64,000 bases of DNA, from NCBI RefSeq assembly GCF_018350175.1, contig NC_058372.1, positions 30,752,001 to 30,816,000 on the forward strand, written 5' to 3'. How positions within the stretch are numbered: position 1 is the stretch's first letter; the number at the start of each line of letters is the position of its first letter. This DNA is from Felis catus (Eukaryota). Position numbers and translations under genes: made by a program. The notes under the pieces were generated by a model that saw only the letters and a list, made by a program, of their open reading frames with translations, was not told the origin of the DNA and did no database searches. Below, piece by piece: positions 1-23,400 of the stretch.

Positions 1-139
1 ACAGCCGTTTTTAAAGGCTCAACCCCAATCCCAAGTGCTGAAAAACCAGAGGCTGAGGGAGATGTGTGAGCTTCCACCTCAGTGTTTTACTGAGACCAGT
101 GTTGGCGCAGATGAGGCACACGGAATCCAGCTCCATTCC

Positions 140-3100
140 CTAGAAGCCATCCACAAGGTTCTCCTTGTAGACATCATCACTGTAGACAATCTGAGTCCTC
201 TTGTCCCGGTGGCAACCCTTAGGGCTGTTCTGGACAGCTAGGGAGGGAGGAAAGGATTGGTTAAGGTCTGAAGCATTGCATCTGAGCACTGGTGAGGCCA
301 GAGGCTCAGAGTCTGACCAGCTCACTCCTTGCCTTTGGCCCTTGGAAGCCCAATGTCAATGCTGCCCTCTGGTGGCCAGGCTGGCCTGTCCCCTTTGGCT
401 CCCTTAGGCCAACCCATCCCCATGGCAAGGAGCACATGCTGTTATTGTGGCACATGCAGATACTGCAAGGAATGTTTTGTTCTTAGAACAGCTCCCAAAG
501 GTAATCGTTGTGATAACTGAATGATGTTAACCCACTACATCAAAATATTAAAAATTAGAAGATCTCTGTAGCCCTTTGTTGACATGTTAGTCATTTCTTG
601 TTCCTTCTTTTAGTTTGGAGGGCCACTCTTGCTCTGAACGCCCCTTTCTGCCTAACTCCTTTGCCAGGAAAGCCAACAGGTATAGTGGGCTATTCACACT
701 AAGAAATGCTACTAGCCTCAATAGGGGAGCTCATTCTGGGTGTGGCTTTGGCCTAAAACATTCTTCGAGCCTCAGGTTGTTCCTTCCCCTTCTTTTTTTC
801 CTCCCTACATCGACATGTCCCTCTTGCATCTCATCTCGGAGGATTCTATCCCTGCCATTCTGGGACTATAGTCACTCACCCCACACCAGCTTCCATTCTC
901 TTGGATCTTTGTACCTAGTGACACTTCTATCACTACCCAGGTTCCATAGTTTGTGTTCTTTGGTTTTAATGGCCTCTGATGCTGCTCCCTGAATATCCCC
1001 CAGGCCCAGGCCTGCGTAATTTTTTTCTTCAAATTCAATCTTCCCTAAGATTACTACCATTTCGCAGCCACTCTGTGATACAGAGGACTGTGATCCATGT
1101 TTTCGGTCCTCACTTCACACACAAGTTCCAGATCTCTAATTTCAAATGCTTATTTTATAAAGCCAACTATACTCCACCTCAAAATAAACACGGTCATGTT
1201 CACTAACCTCACTCACTAACCTCACTCACTTCCACTTTCTTCCCTGTTCCAGTTATTACTGCTTTGGGAGTTGTTCTCAATCCTTCTCTCTCCTTCACAC
1301 TAAGAAATCTTCCTCCATCTCTAACTGACAGAGTCTGACAATTCTCATTCCCATGGCCTCCACACAGATCCAGACATCTATCAACTCTAGGGAATCCTGG
1401 GACATGCAGGGGAGCAAAGAGAGGAGGCGAGCTGTGGGAAACAGGATGAAAGAGGAAGAATCCATTCTTACCAAGGGAGCCCCAGACAGACTTGCCAGTG
1501 GCAGCGTCCAGCATGGGCTGTTTGCGGGCAATGCTGACTTTGAGCTGTACGGACTCCACCTGGGTCCCGTTGAGCTGGGGAAGAAGAGGGGTGGAGGTAA
1601 AGGATGGGGGGGGGGGGGGGGAGAAACATTACAGACAAAGAAAAGGAGAATTTCCAAGAGTTGCCATCCTAGGAACAGACTAAGGATCTAAGAATACATT
1701 TCTTGTGTGGATAGAAAAAGACTTCCTCTATCAAGAGGAAATGATTTCCTCCTGGCTCCCAGTGTTTTAAAGAGAAAACATGAGGATGGCAGTAGGGATG
1801 GGAAGAACAGGTCTGGGAAGTCCCAACCTCAGCAACGGCCTGATCTGCTGATTCCATCTTTTCATAGGTGACGAAGGCACAGCTAGGATGAGAGAAAACA
1901 GGATCAGTAGAGGGCCTATGGGCTCTTGTGGACCCACCCAAACCCAGTGCTCATAGGCCACCGGAGATAGGCTGGTGTTCTCCCTCAAACCCAGGTCCTC
2001 CCAGGACTTATCATCTTGTCCCACTACCATCCTTACTTTCTGGGTGGGTCCATGGAGAGGTCAATGATGTTTCCAAAGGGAGAGAAGGCCCCACGGAGGA
2101 GGGTGGGTGTCATGTCCTCTCCATACACATAGAGAGTATTCCCCTTCCGAGGGGCCCTGCGTTCAGGGAACGAGTCCGACCCTGTGGGGTCAGGAGTCAC
2201 AGTCACAACGTGCAACCCATCTCAGGCTCCACTTTAAGAGGCCACTTTAGTGGGACCTGCCTAAATCCTTTCACTTTTCCTACCAGCCCAGATCACTCAC
2301 TGCGGAAAGGGCCCTCTCGTTCTCGATCACGGTCCCTGTCCCGATCGCGGTCCCTGTCCCGATCGCGGTCCCGTTCCCGATCTCGGTCTCGATCCCGTTC
2401 CCGATCTCGGTCTCTGTCTCGGTCTCGATCCCGTTCCCGATCTCGGTCTCTGTCTCGGTTCCGCTCACGACTGTGGTCCCGGCTGCGGCTTCGGGGAGGG
2501 GAGGCTGAGGAGCGGGCACCACCACGTTCTTCATAGCCCCAGTCAAAGCTTCGAGGAGGACCGTCACCAGCCCCTGGGCCCTCTGCCTCTTCCCCATCTG
2601 GCCCTAGTTCCCGAAGCCGATCACTGGAAGACACAAAACTGGGGAGAGGCAGACAGTGAGGATCAAAGGGGCCCTTTACTTCATCTTCCCAGACCCTGTG
2701 GAGACTCAACACTCCCTCTGCAGCCCCAGCTCCTTCCACTCCAGCCCTAAACCTCCCAAGGATCCAGGCAATTGACCTCCCCTACTCCCCCAATTGGGAC
2801 TCAGTCCTCTCTTAGCTCTCTAACCTCTCATACAGAGATTTCCTCTGGGGCCGTCTGGATGACTGCAAAAGAAACCAAGGACAGTTAAGATGAGTCCTAG
2901 TTGATGGCATGTGACCCCAAATATGGGGGTCTCTCATTTTCCTCATTCCCCAACCTCTCAGGGACAGAGAGTTGAGAACCATACCTCCTGCAGATCGTCG
3001 TCAGCAGATATGCTTCTCTGGAACGGCTGGAAAGTGGGGACTGGCCCCTTCTCAGGGTCCTGGGAAGGTCGTAGAGGTCTACTTCAATGTGAGAGCAGAA

Positions 3101-5399
3101 GGCTGCCTAACCATGGGACAGAAGGGATTCCTCTTCCCTCACCCTCTTCTTGGCTTTCCTCTGGCCTTTTATCCTCCCTTTTAATTCCTTTGCACATTTA
3201 TTATTTGATTATGTGGTGTTTTTCATAAGCGACCTAATATATACATAGAGTATTTAGCTTATCTGTACATTTCTTGGACCTGCTGACATCTTCAACCTGT
3301 TCAACTTCTCAGAACAACAAGACCCAGGAGCTCGAATATGTGCCACAGAATGTATGAGATACGGAATTTGGAAGTCAGTCAGTGTCTTCACATTTTACAG
3401 ATAAGAAACCTGAAACTCGGACTGGTACGACAATTTTCCCAGAACTGAATAGGTATTACTTTCCCCCTAAATGTTACCTCCACTCCAACCTGGAAGGACG
3501 CCCTCTGAAGTCAAGGGTCCCCTGAACAATCCTTCTGCTTGTGCTCACCTTTAACTTCCCCTCTAGGGTTCGAGAACGTTTGAAGCCCGAGTTCTTGGTC
3601 TCGGCCTTGATGGCACTGATGGCTCCTGACTTCACCAGCTGCTTTGCCTGCTCTGTTGCCGTGGCTGTGTCCACCACAGGCTGCTCTGACAGTGCTGGAG
3701 TGGTGAGGGAAGGAGGCATTATTTTGGCCACGCTCTGAGAGAGGTCAGCGCCATGTTGCCCACTTCCAGTCTATCCCCAGTTCCCCCCGTCACTCACAGC
3801 GTTTCACACCGCCTTGGCTGGCTGTGCTGCTACTACTTTGCTTCTTCAGAGCCAACAATGCCTTTTTCTGGGAATGAGAGCGAGAAGAGAGGGGTTGGTG
3901 AGGGCCAGTCCCTGGCTAGGTCCTCTCCCAAGGTCCCTGGACACTTCACTCCAGGGGACGCCTTTCTCAGAAAACAATGCAAATGGTGTCCCTGGAGTGG
4001 TGCACTGAGGCAGCCCTACCACTCACACATGATTCACTGGATCATCTACAATACCAGCGATACGTAATCTAGCCAAACCATTGTATCCAGACGCTTTCCC
4101 AAGCCTCAGTTTTTGAAGTGGAAGAAAAGGAATTTGACCATGGACCAGAACCCTAAGACATGAGCTATAAGTAAGCATAAGCCTACATGCCTTTCTCAGG
4201 GGGCTTCATCCATTCATTCCCTGCATATTTAACAAGGACAAGACATTACTTTGTAACAGGGGTATGCAAGAGTATGAGACATTGTTCCTCCCCTTAAGAA
4301 GTCTGAGAAATAAGACCATTAGACACAATTATCAAGAGCGATCATAAGAGGCGCAAATTGCTTGTAGCTGAGAGCAAATAAGATTATCTGATGCCAAATG
4401 ACTATTAAACTGGACCCTGGGTAGAAACTATGCAAAACAGATTGAAAGAAAAGGGCATTTTAGACAAAGAACACAGACTGGAAAAGATGTGGAAATAAGA
4501 AGGCTTTGGGAATGTATGTTTTGGGACTAGTGAATAGTTCTACCTGACTAGAAAGAGATGCCAAGGTAAGGCTGTGTTGTATAGACAATGGGAAACCACT
4601 GACAGGTTTTGAGAAAAAGAGAGACAGAGTTTTTTTGATTTCAGTGGTTCATTTTAATAAGAGTGAAGGAAGTCTGTCCAAAAACACACTGAGCAGCTTC
4701 TTGAGAAACCATTACAACAGACTACGTGAGCGTCAACAAAAACCTGATCTACGGAATACGCGGGAAAAAATAAACAAAAGACATTACTTCAGAGTAAGAA
4801 TCAAGAAGACCTGGCAAACGTTTGGCCATGCAAATAGTGGAGATGTCAGAGAGGAGATTTTGATTCCAAACACATGGGAAAACTGAATATAGTCAGTCCT
4901 ATATGGAAGATCAAGAAAAGGAACTAAGTTAGAATAGATAGAAAGATGATAGCTAGCTGCAACACTGGGAATCTGCAGGCTATCAGCAAGAGCTCGGATA
5001 GAATTGAAAAAACAAACCTGGAGATTACCACCCCTGTGGTGGTACTAAAAGCCATGGAAAAGTTAGACAACTCGATGGCAGAATACACAGAAGAGAGAGA
5101 AGGCATACATCAAGACTTGGGAAGAGCCCCCTTGTGAGGCTTCGCGGAGAGGAGGTATGTCTCCAGGTATGAGCTGGAAGAACCCCCCATCCCTCACACT
5201 CACCCCAGGTGTTCTCAAGAGTGTAGAGTCTGTGAAAGGTTGGGCCACGCCCCCACACACTCCCTCANNNNNNNNNNNNNNNNNNNNNNNNNNNNNNNNN
5301 NNNNNNNNNNNNNNNNNNNNNNNNNNNNNNNNNNNNNNNNNNNNNNNNNNNNNNNNNNNNNNNNNNNNNNNNNNNNNNNNNNNNNNNNNNNNNNNNNNN
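140..5399 (-). CDS. NELFE: Negative elongation factor E (RD RNA-binding protein); spliced, start-codon exon hidden in N gap 5268-5399
   Basis: Coding exons with GT-AG ends: 3798-3867, 3549-3694, 2985-3059, 2825-2862, 2301-2638 (RD repeat), 2037-2181, 1828-1882, 1472-1574, 140-237 (stop). Peptides KKALLALKKQ, LSEQPVVDTATATEQAKQLVKSG, the RRM (NTLYVYGEDMTP...CAFVTYEKMESADQAVAELNG) and C-terminal RTQIVYSDDVYKENLVDGF match NELF-E. A likely non-coding exon 1 donor lies at 5793. Confidence 0.97.
2316..2470 (-). repeat. Arg-Asp/Glu dipeptide (RD) repeat in NELFE exon 7
   Basis: Hexanucleotide-period repeat translating to [16 protein letters not shown]...RDRERE. Confidence 0.95.
3695..3797 (-). ncRNA. 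MIR1236: Candidate mirtron homologous to MIR1236 (NELFE intron 3)
   Basis: 103-nt intron GTGAGTGACGGGGGGAACTGGGGATAGACTGGAAGTGGGCAACATGG...ATAATGCCTCCTTCCCTCACCACTCCAG. It occupies the same intron as, and resembles, human miR-1236 as I recall it; the 5' and 3' ends can pair. Confidence 0.55.
5268..5399. other. Assembly gap or masked bases (132 N)
   Basis: N run covering the expected NELFE exon 2. Confidence 0.99.
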
Positions 5400-5792
5400 A
5401 GGGTTCACACGCCGTCCACACTGCACCCAACCACACCCTTCCAGGCCTACCTACTCCTGTCTTTTGCCTCTCCCTACCCCTTGCTTAAACCAGGCTGCCA
5501 TCCAAGCCCCCGCTCGTCGGATTCAACCAGCATTCCCTCTTCTCTCCAGGAATCACGGCCACCAGCGCCTTGAGGGACCAAGTGGCCCGGGAAGGGAGAA
5601 GCACCCCTTCCGTCGCCAAGACGATGGCATCAGACACCCCCTACCCCCGCTGGGGTTAGTATGGCAACCGCGGGTTCCAAACGGTACAGGAGGCAGTGGA
5701 ACCCCCGCAGCGCTCTCAGAGCAACGAAAAGGGGAAGAAGAGAGAAGGAGCTCGTTAAAAAGGGGCGAACGGTGAGAAGGAGAACACCTTAC

Positions 5793-6091
5793 CTGAGGGG
5801 GCGGTAACCGGGGTCCCACGGTCTCGGGCGGCGCCCGCGCGGGCAACGGAGAGCTGGCTCAGAGCGATGACGTCGCGAGGGGTGGAGAACGCGGTAACCA
5901 AGACGGCTCAAGGCTACACACTTCCGCCCGGCACTTCCCCGGCTCAGGTCAGCCTCTCGGTAGCGCTCATCCCCACCCGGGCGGGGGTGTGTGACGGAAG
6001 TCGCCTCCACTTCCGCCCGCTTTGGGGCGGGGCTTACCCCTAGGATTCTCGTTGCACTTCCGGTCTGCCCTGCAGCTGCTTGGGCTCCAAG
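5793..6091. promoter_or_regulatory. Bidirectional CpG-island promoter shared by NELFE and SKIV2L
   Basis: CpG-rich and TATA-less; ETS/GABP-type CTTCCG/CGGAAG motifs near 5921, 5995, 6010 and 6056; GC box GGGGCGGGG near 6024; genes are head-to-head. Confidence 0.8.
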
Positions 6092-17285
<11,194 letters not shown>

Positions 17286-17307
17286 GTGGCCTGTGTAAAA
17301 ATGTAGT

Positions 17308-17313
17308 AATAAA
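17308..17313 (+). terminator. SKIV2L polyadenylation signal
   Basis: AATAAA 22 nt after the stop codon. Confidence 0.85.
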
Positions 17314-17444
17314 ACAGCAAACCACCTGTGTGTACTTCAACTGTTGGGCAGAGACAACTCGGCGCAAAAAACACAGCAGGAAGAACCGCCTAGAAATAGG
17401 CTTTTATCTGTGCACACGGAGACAGGACCAGCCCCTCTGAAGTC

Positions 17445-19236
17445 TCAGTTCTTGGGGGAAGGCGTCTTGGGGGGTGATGGGAGGTCTTGTGTCATGGCTT
17501 CCACATACCACGTGGGCAGGAAGGCATAGGGTGCATCTTGATGTTTCGACACTGTGACTGGGCTGCCAGGCTCCCAGGAGAAGAGATAGACGAGCCTAGG
17601 GGGCACATGGAGTCACAAGTTGAGGACTGGAGGCAAACTTCTAGGACCCGGAGGGCAGGGGCAGATGAATGCCTCACCTGGGGTCGTCCTGGACAACTGT
17701 GTTCTGGGCAAAGCTAAGGAAGGCGGCACAGAAGTTCATGCACACGGAGGGATTCCAGCCATCACGGTCATTCTGCAGAGGGCCGAGGAGGAGGCAGAAC
17801 ACAGGCAGTGAAGGTGAGGCCAGAGAAGGGGCAAGGTGGACTGTGACCCGGGACACTGGACCTGTGGTCTTGGTGTGGGGGTATAGGTGGGAGCTGTAAC
17901 ACCACTGCCTTACCCTGACATACTCGAACATCTCCATAGTAGGAAAGGTCTTGAGGGAACAGATGAAACCCTCTGGGTTACGGAAGCCAGCAACGACATT
18001 TGGGATGCCCAGAAGGAATGACTGAGCCCACCATTTCAGAAGCTTGTGTCTGTCAGGAAAGGCAAGGGGTCAGTAGGACCCTTCCTTCACCGTCTAGCCT
18101 CTTCCCCCAAGTCCAATTTCCAGCTGTCTGTTCTAGGTTCTCACCCTGCCCACCCCCATCCTGAACCTGTAGAAGCTCCTCCATTGGCCAGGGCTGTGCA
18201 TCTCTTTGGAGGTCTTGAGCTCCACATAGCAGGTGGGGGGCTGTGTGGATGGGGCCTGAGGGTCTATACAGTCTACCTCCCCTGAGAAGAGCAGAGGGTG
18301 GTTTCCCAGGCGGCTGCGTAGCACAGAGCAGAAGGCCACATTGGTGTTAACCTCCCCAGAGGGGTCCGGGGAGCTTCCAGGTTTGTCTGCATAAGGAGAA
18401 AAGCAGCAACAGGGGTGGGGGCTTTCAGTCTCTGGGGAAGGGGGAGGGGGCTACAGAGCAGGGGCAACTCTCACCTGCGCACATGTATTGCTCAAACTTG
18501 TACCCCATGTACATAAGCTCTCGGAGGAGGGGTGGCCGGGCAAGCCTCTGGGCCCGAGCTGCCGGCGTCTCTACCTCACTCAGGTACAGTGTCCCCTGGA
18601 AGCGGGAGGCCGCCAGCTGCCAGCCCTCCTGCCGCTCATACGGTGTCGTCAGCAATTTTGTCAGGTGCCCTCGCCATGTCACTATGGCCCCTGCCAGCCA
18701 GCCTGGACCCCTGAGAGGGAGGAGTTAGAAGCTGAAGGTCTGACACAAGGATTAACTCAGATGACTTCCCCAAAGAATATCCTAAATTCTTTCCAAAGAC
18801 TGAACTCCAGTTTTCACTCTCCTAATTTTAGAGGGTAGGTGCAGGTCTCTAGATCTACTTGTGTGCTATGCTTTGCTCACCCCTCCAGCTGGCCTCGGTG
18901 ATCCAGGAGCCAACGTAGCAGGTGATCCAGCCCCTCTCGGATCTCCTCGTCCCTAGGCTGGTATCGATCAGGGTATCCGTCTCTGAGGTCAAAGTTGGGG
19001 CCTTGACCATTGGTAGGGGGTGGGCTGTAGTAGCGCAAGGCTTGAGCATCTCCATGGTACTGGCGTTGTGCATCCAGGGAGAAGCAGCCCAGTTCGGAAG
19101 GGCGCCGGTAGAAAGGGAAGGGCCCAGAGTACAGGGCGGGGTCTGTGGGCATTGAGGGTGCTGGGCCGGGGAGTTTGTTCCGAGGCTCAGCTACCTCTAT
19201 GTTTTCCCCTCTTCTCTTGGTCCCTCTGCGATCCAT
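17445..19236 (-). CDS. DXO: Decapping exoribonuclease DXO (DOM3Z), 397 aa
   Basis: Coding exons 18881-19236, 18475-18710, 18167-18386, 17914-18049, 17678-17772, 17445-17595 (1194 nt in frame). Motifs: YSGPFPFYRRPSELG, TWRGHLTKLL, GYKFE, GEVDC, YVELKT, KLLKWWAQSFL. Confidence 0.97.
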
Positions 19237-19459
19237 GAGGTCCTGAGAACTGGGGGGTTGGGAAGTTACCCTTTTACAAAGGAGGCCCGGAAAAGGGGGA
19301 CTCTGGTTCAGGACTAAGCTGGCCTCCGGATGGCCAGGCTCTGGTCCTGAAACAGAACCAAGGCTAGGTGCACATCCCACCTTTTCCCTTGACTTACACC
19401 CCCACCTCCAGATGCTCCAAACTCAGCTGAGGAAGGCTGCCTGGGCTTCAGATCGAGGA

Positions 19460-20420
19460 TCTGGTTACCTCAGAGCCCGCCAACCTGGACCTCTACCTCT
19501 GTGGAGCTAAGACGTCACGGCAGGTGTGTCCAGAAGTCGGGGAGGTATGCAAGGGTGGTTTCCGCACTCCTAGACGCAATCATTCGGCGACAGGGACGGG
19601 CAGACCCCTCGGGGGCGGGCAGGGGGTGCGCTTTACCCGGGGAGGCGGACCACGACCCGGCCGCCCGCAGCCAGCCGCGCCGCCCACGCGTTCCCGTCCC
19701 GGAGTGCCAGCGGAGGAAGCCAATCCGAGCAGGCGTGCGGCGACCCTCCTCCTGGCTGGGCCGAGACGGCGAGTTGACACCTTCCTCGTCCCACGTAGTC
19801 CTTCCACCCGGCCGGCGGGTCTCCAGGGAGCCCGACGTCACTGCTCTGCGCCGGAAGACGCCGTCTTCGCGTCCTCTTCCCTCAACACCGATCTCTTCCC
19901 TGGCAACCTGAGACCCCGGGATATGAGCCGGAAGAGACATCGCCTGGTCCCGGACTCCTTTGGGCTGAAGAGGCGGCGGGAACAGGGGCAGGCTGAGGCG
20001 GACCCCCTCAGGGGCGAGTCAGGTAGGCGTGGCAACCCTGTGGCCGAGGCGGAAGGGCCCCGCTGGGAGCCGCCTCGCCCGCCGGCTCGCTTGACGGGAG
20101 CGCCGCGCCCCCCGCCCCCCTTCCCGTCTCGGTGACCGGCTCTCTCCGCCTAGGGTCCGCGCGCGCGGCCGTCGCCGAGCTGGTGCAGCTGTTCCCGCGC
20201 GGCCTGTTCGAGGACGCGCTGCCGCCCATCGCGCTGAGGAGCCAGGTGTACAGCCTCGTGCCCGACCGGACGGCGGCCGACCGGCAGCTGGTGAGGGGCG
20301 TCGGAGCGACGGACGGAAGTCGCTTCCCTGCCTCGAGCACGCTCCCGAGGGCCCCCAACACTCAGACACCCGGGCGGTCAGCCAGCCGCTCTGCGGTTCT
20401 GCAGGCGTCAGGTCTCTCCA
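19460..20420. promoter_or_regulatory. CpG island / bidirectional promoter of DXO and STK19
   Basis: Very CpG-rich; CRE-like GACGTCA near 19511 and 19834; CCAAT near 19720; genes are head-to-head. Confidence 0.8.
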
Positions 20421-23400
20421 GGCCGGGCACTACGGGGCCTAGGAAAATGTCACAGACCCTGTTAAAAGACCCGCCGGCAGTAGAGAGCATGCCACATCGT
20501 GGAAGTGGAAGAACTAATCTCTTGGGGAAACTGAGTCACCGGGCATAGTTGGAGCTTTACAGCGCTGGGAATGCAGGCAGACGTCAGATTGCGGCAGACC
20601 TTGTGCATCAGTGTTGTTTCTGCCTTACACCGAAGGCGAGGAGCTAGGAGAGAATGTTAACCAGCAGAAGGAACGGGTGTTGTGTGGATTGGGGGAAGTG
20701 AGATGAGGCAGGGAGATGGGCTCGGAAGACAATGCGACAGAGAACTGGTGAAGTTCTAAATTAGGGAAGTGTAGTAGGGAGGGCGAGGATGGGTGGAGGT
20801 GAGGGATGTGGACAGTGGGAAGAGGAGTCAGGGATAACTCAGGTTTTCTCGATGACAGACATGAGTGGTGAGTGAACAGAGTAGGAGGACGCTGAGTTGT
20901 TGGGGCAGATGACATGTTTGATTTTGTACGAGTTGGAGGTGCATGGGGAACATCCAAAGGCAAGTGTGTTGGATATGAGGGACTGGAGGGAATTCTGGGC
21001 CAGTGCTGTAGAATTGAAGTCATTGAGATGTGAGCAGTGGTTCAGTCTGTGGATGTGGGTGAGATTGGGTAGGAAGAATGAGTAGAGGGGTAACTTTTAA
21101 CCTTTTTATAAACTTTAAAAGATAATGAAAGCTATGGCTCTTTCTCTCTAGAAAAATGCATATATGCCCCATACATACAAGGTGTATGTGCGGTTTTTGT
21201 CCGGGCAGGGGGGTTGTTTCACAGATCCTCTGGAGTCCAAGGTTAAGGACCTCAAGTGTAGGGTGAAAGGGCCAAATCTATAAAGCTGAGAGATACCCAC
21301 ATTTAAGGCAGTGTTTCTCAAAGTACGTCCTGAGTTTTACCTGTATCAGAATCACCTATTATTAAAAAAAAAAAAAAAAAAATTTAACTGGGCTGCTTAT
21401 TCAAAAATACAAGTTCTTGGGACTCACCTAAGGCTAACCGATTAAAATCTCTTGAGGTAGGACCTGGGAACCTACATTTTTGAATTACTGTCCCATGTGA
21501 TTCTTAGTGATGTAAGGGGAAAGCAGAGGAAGAGAAGTCGGTGGAAGAGGCTGAGAAGGAATTGCTAGAGGTAGGAGGAACCCCGAAATAGGCCTATTGA
21601 GAAAGCAAATAGATTTTTCAAGGAGGTGGAGTAGTTGGCAGTGTTAGAACCTGTGGTTTAAGACAATGGTTGGTAAAGAGATCAAGTAAAATATCCAAAG
21701 TCTGTCCATTGGATTTAGCAGGCGGAAGATTAATGGCAACCTGTCAGGAGGAAAAGAGGAAAGAAAAGGAAGATGGAGACTAGCTCCAGTTTCATGAGGA
21801 AGTGAGTTAGATGGAACCACTCCTTATAGAGTATTTGTTCTTTTTAATTTACTGATGTTAGCCTAAATTTTAAAAAAAGCTTTAAAAGTTGCACAAAGGA
21901 AAATATAAACACACACACACGCTTTACAGAATGTTTATAAAGCAGATACCCATTTAACCACCACCCAGGGCAGACTACAGAACACAGCCAATATCCACAT
22001 ACATCACTCTCCAGTCAACATGACTTTTGTCCCTGGGAGGTAACTGTGATCCTGACTGATGTGATAATTGTTCCTTGGATTTTCTATGTACCACCTATGT
22101 GTTTACCTGTAAACAACATAGCTCAGTTTTATTCATTTTGGATCTTGATCTAAACAAAATCCTATTGTATGTATATATTTATATCTTATTAGATGAATAC
22201 TTTTGAGATTCTTCTCAGTTTCACATAGCTACAGTTAATTTCATAGATTTCTATTTTATAAATATGTCCCGTTTTTTTCTGTTCTAGGGAAAAAAAGTTT
22301 TATGTTTATAGGAATTTAATTTATGATCTGAATTTTCAAATTTATTGGTGTAAAGTTCATTTTATTGACTATTGGATGTGTAGTGATTACCCTTTTCTCA
22401 TTCTTTTTATTGACTATCTGTGCTTTTTCTAGTTCCTTCCCCCATTTTCTTGATCAGTCTCACCCGTGGCTTACCAGTTTTAATAATCTTTCAATGAATT
22501 AATGTTTAGCTTTGTTGCTCTCTCATATGCATTCTATTTTATGAATGTGTCCCCTCTACTGTTGGTTTATTTTACTTTTTTTCCCCCATTAGTTTCATCA
22601 TCTCCTCCTTTCTAGTATATGCTTGTCAGGTTGTAGTTTATCTTAAGTACATGCAGATGTATATAGTTTGGGCACATATTTTAGTTATTATTCAGCTTAA
22701 AATATGTTTTAACTTCTTTTGTGATTTTTTTCTTTGACCAAGAGTTAACTATAAATGTATGTCTTAATTTGAAGCATTTTCATATTACCTCGTTGTTACT
22801 GATTTCTGACACAAATGGTATTGTGCCCAGAGAACATACACAATATGATTTCAGTCATTTGAATTTTATTGAGACTTGCCTTGTGCTATGTGGTCAGTTT
22901 TGCTAAATATTCTATGTATATTTGAAGAGAATATGTTTTCTTTAATTATCAATTTCTTAGTAACTGAAGGTATTAATGAAAGTTATTTCTGTACTGATTA
23001 TTTTGTCTGTTTATGAGTTTATGAAAGGTAGATTAATATACTTATGCGATTATGGGTTTGCTATTATCTCTTCAAATATTTTCCCTACTTTCCCACCTTC
23101 CCTCACCCCACATCTAGACTGTTAATTCCTTGAAGACAGGGCCTATGTCTTAATCACTATTTTATTTTAGTGTCTGGCATATGATTGCTCTTAGAAAATA
23201 TGTATTGATTGTTTGATAGGCAATGGATGAGGTGGGTGGATGGGAAGGTGGGTAACTGATTTGAAAAGACTATTTAATAATCTACCTGATTCTCTCCCCA
23301 CACTTTGTCCTTTGCTTAGAGAAAAACTCCCCAGTATTGGCAATAAAATCTCCCCACCCAAAAGTGCCCAGAGTATAGCAGAGTATCTTACCCTGATACC

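Noticed and set aside
1-139. Possible CFB 3' end
   Set aside because: The sequence fits the NELFE 3' UTR; no factor B coding sequence is visible in the window.
1606-1621. G16 run as a G-quadruplex element
   Set aside because: It reads as poly(C) near a NELFE acceptor on the transcribed strand; a simple homopolymer of uncertain length.
1928-2536. 202-aa + strand ORF with an RS/SR-repeat domain
   Set aside because: It is the reverse complement of the NELFE RD repeat, starts at a non-ATG codon and spans introns; no evidence for a separate SR protein.
19515-20369. Several long Arg/Pro/Gly-rich ORFs on both strands
   Set aside because: Expected from stop-codon depletion in a CpG island.
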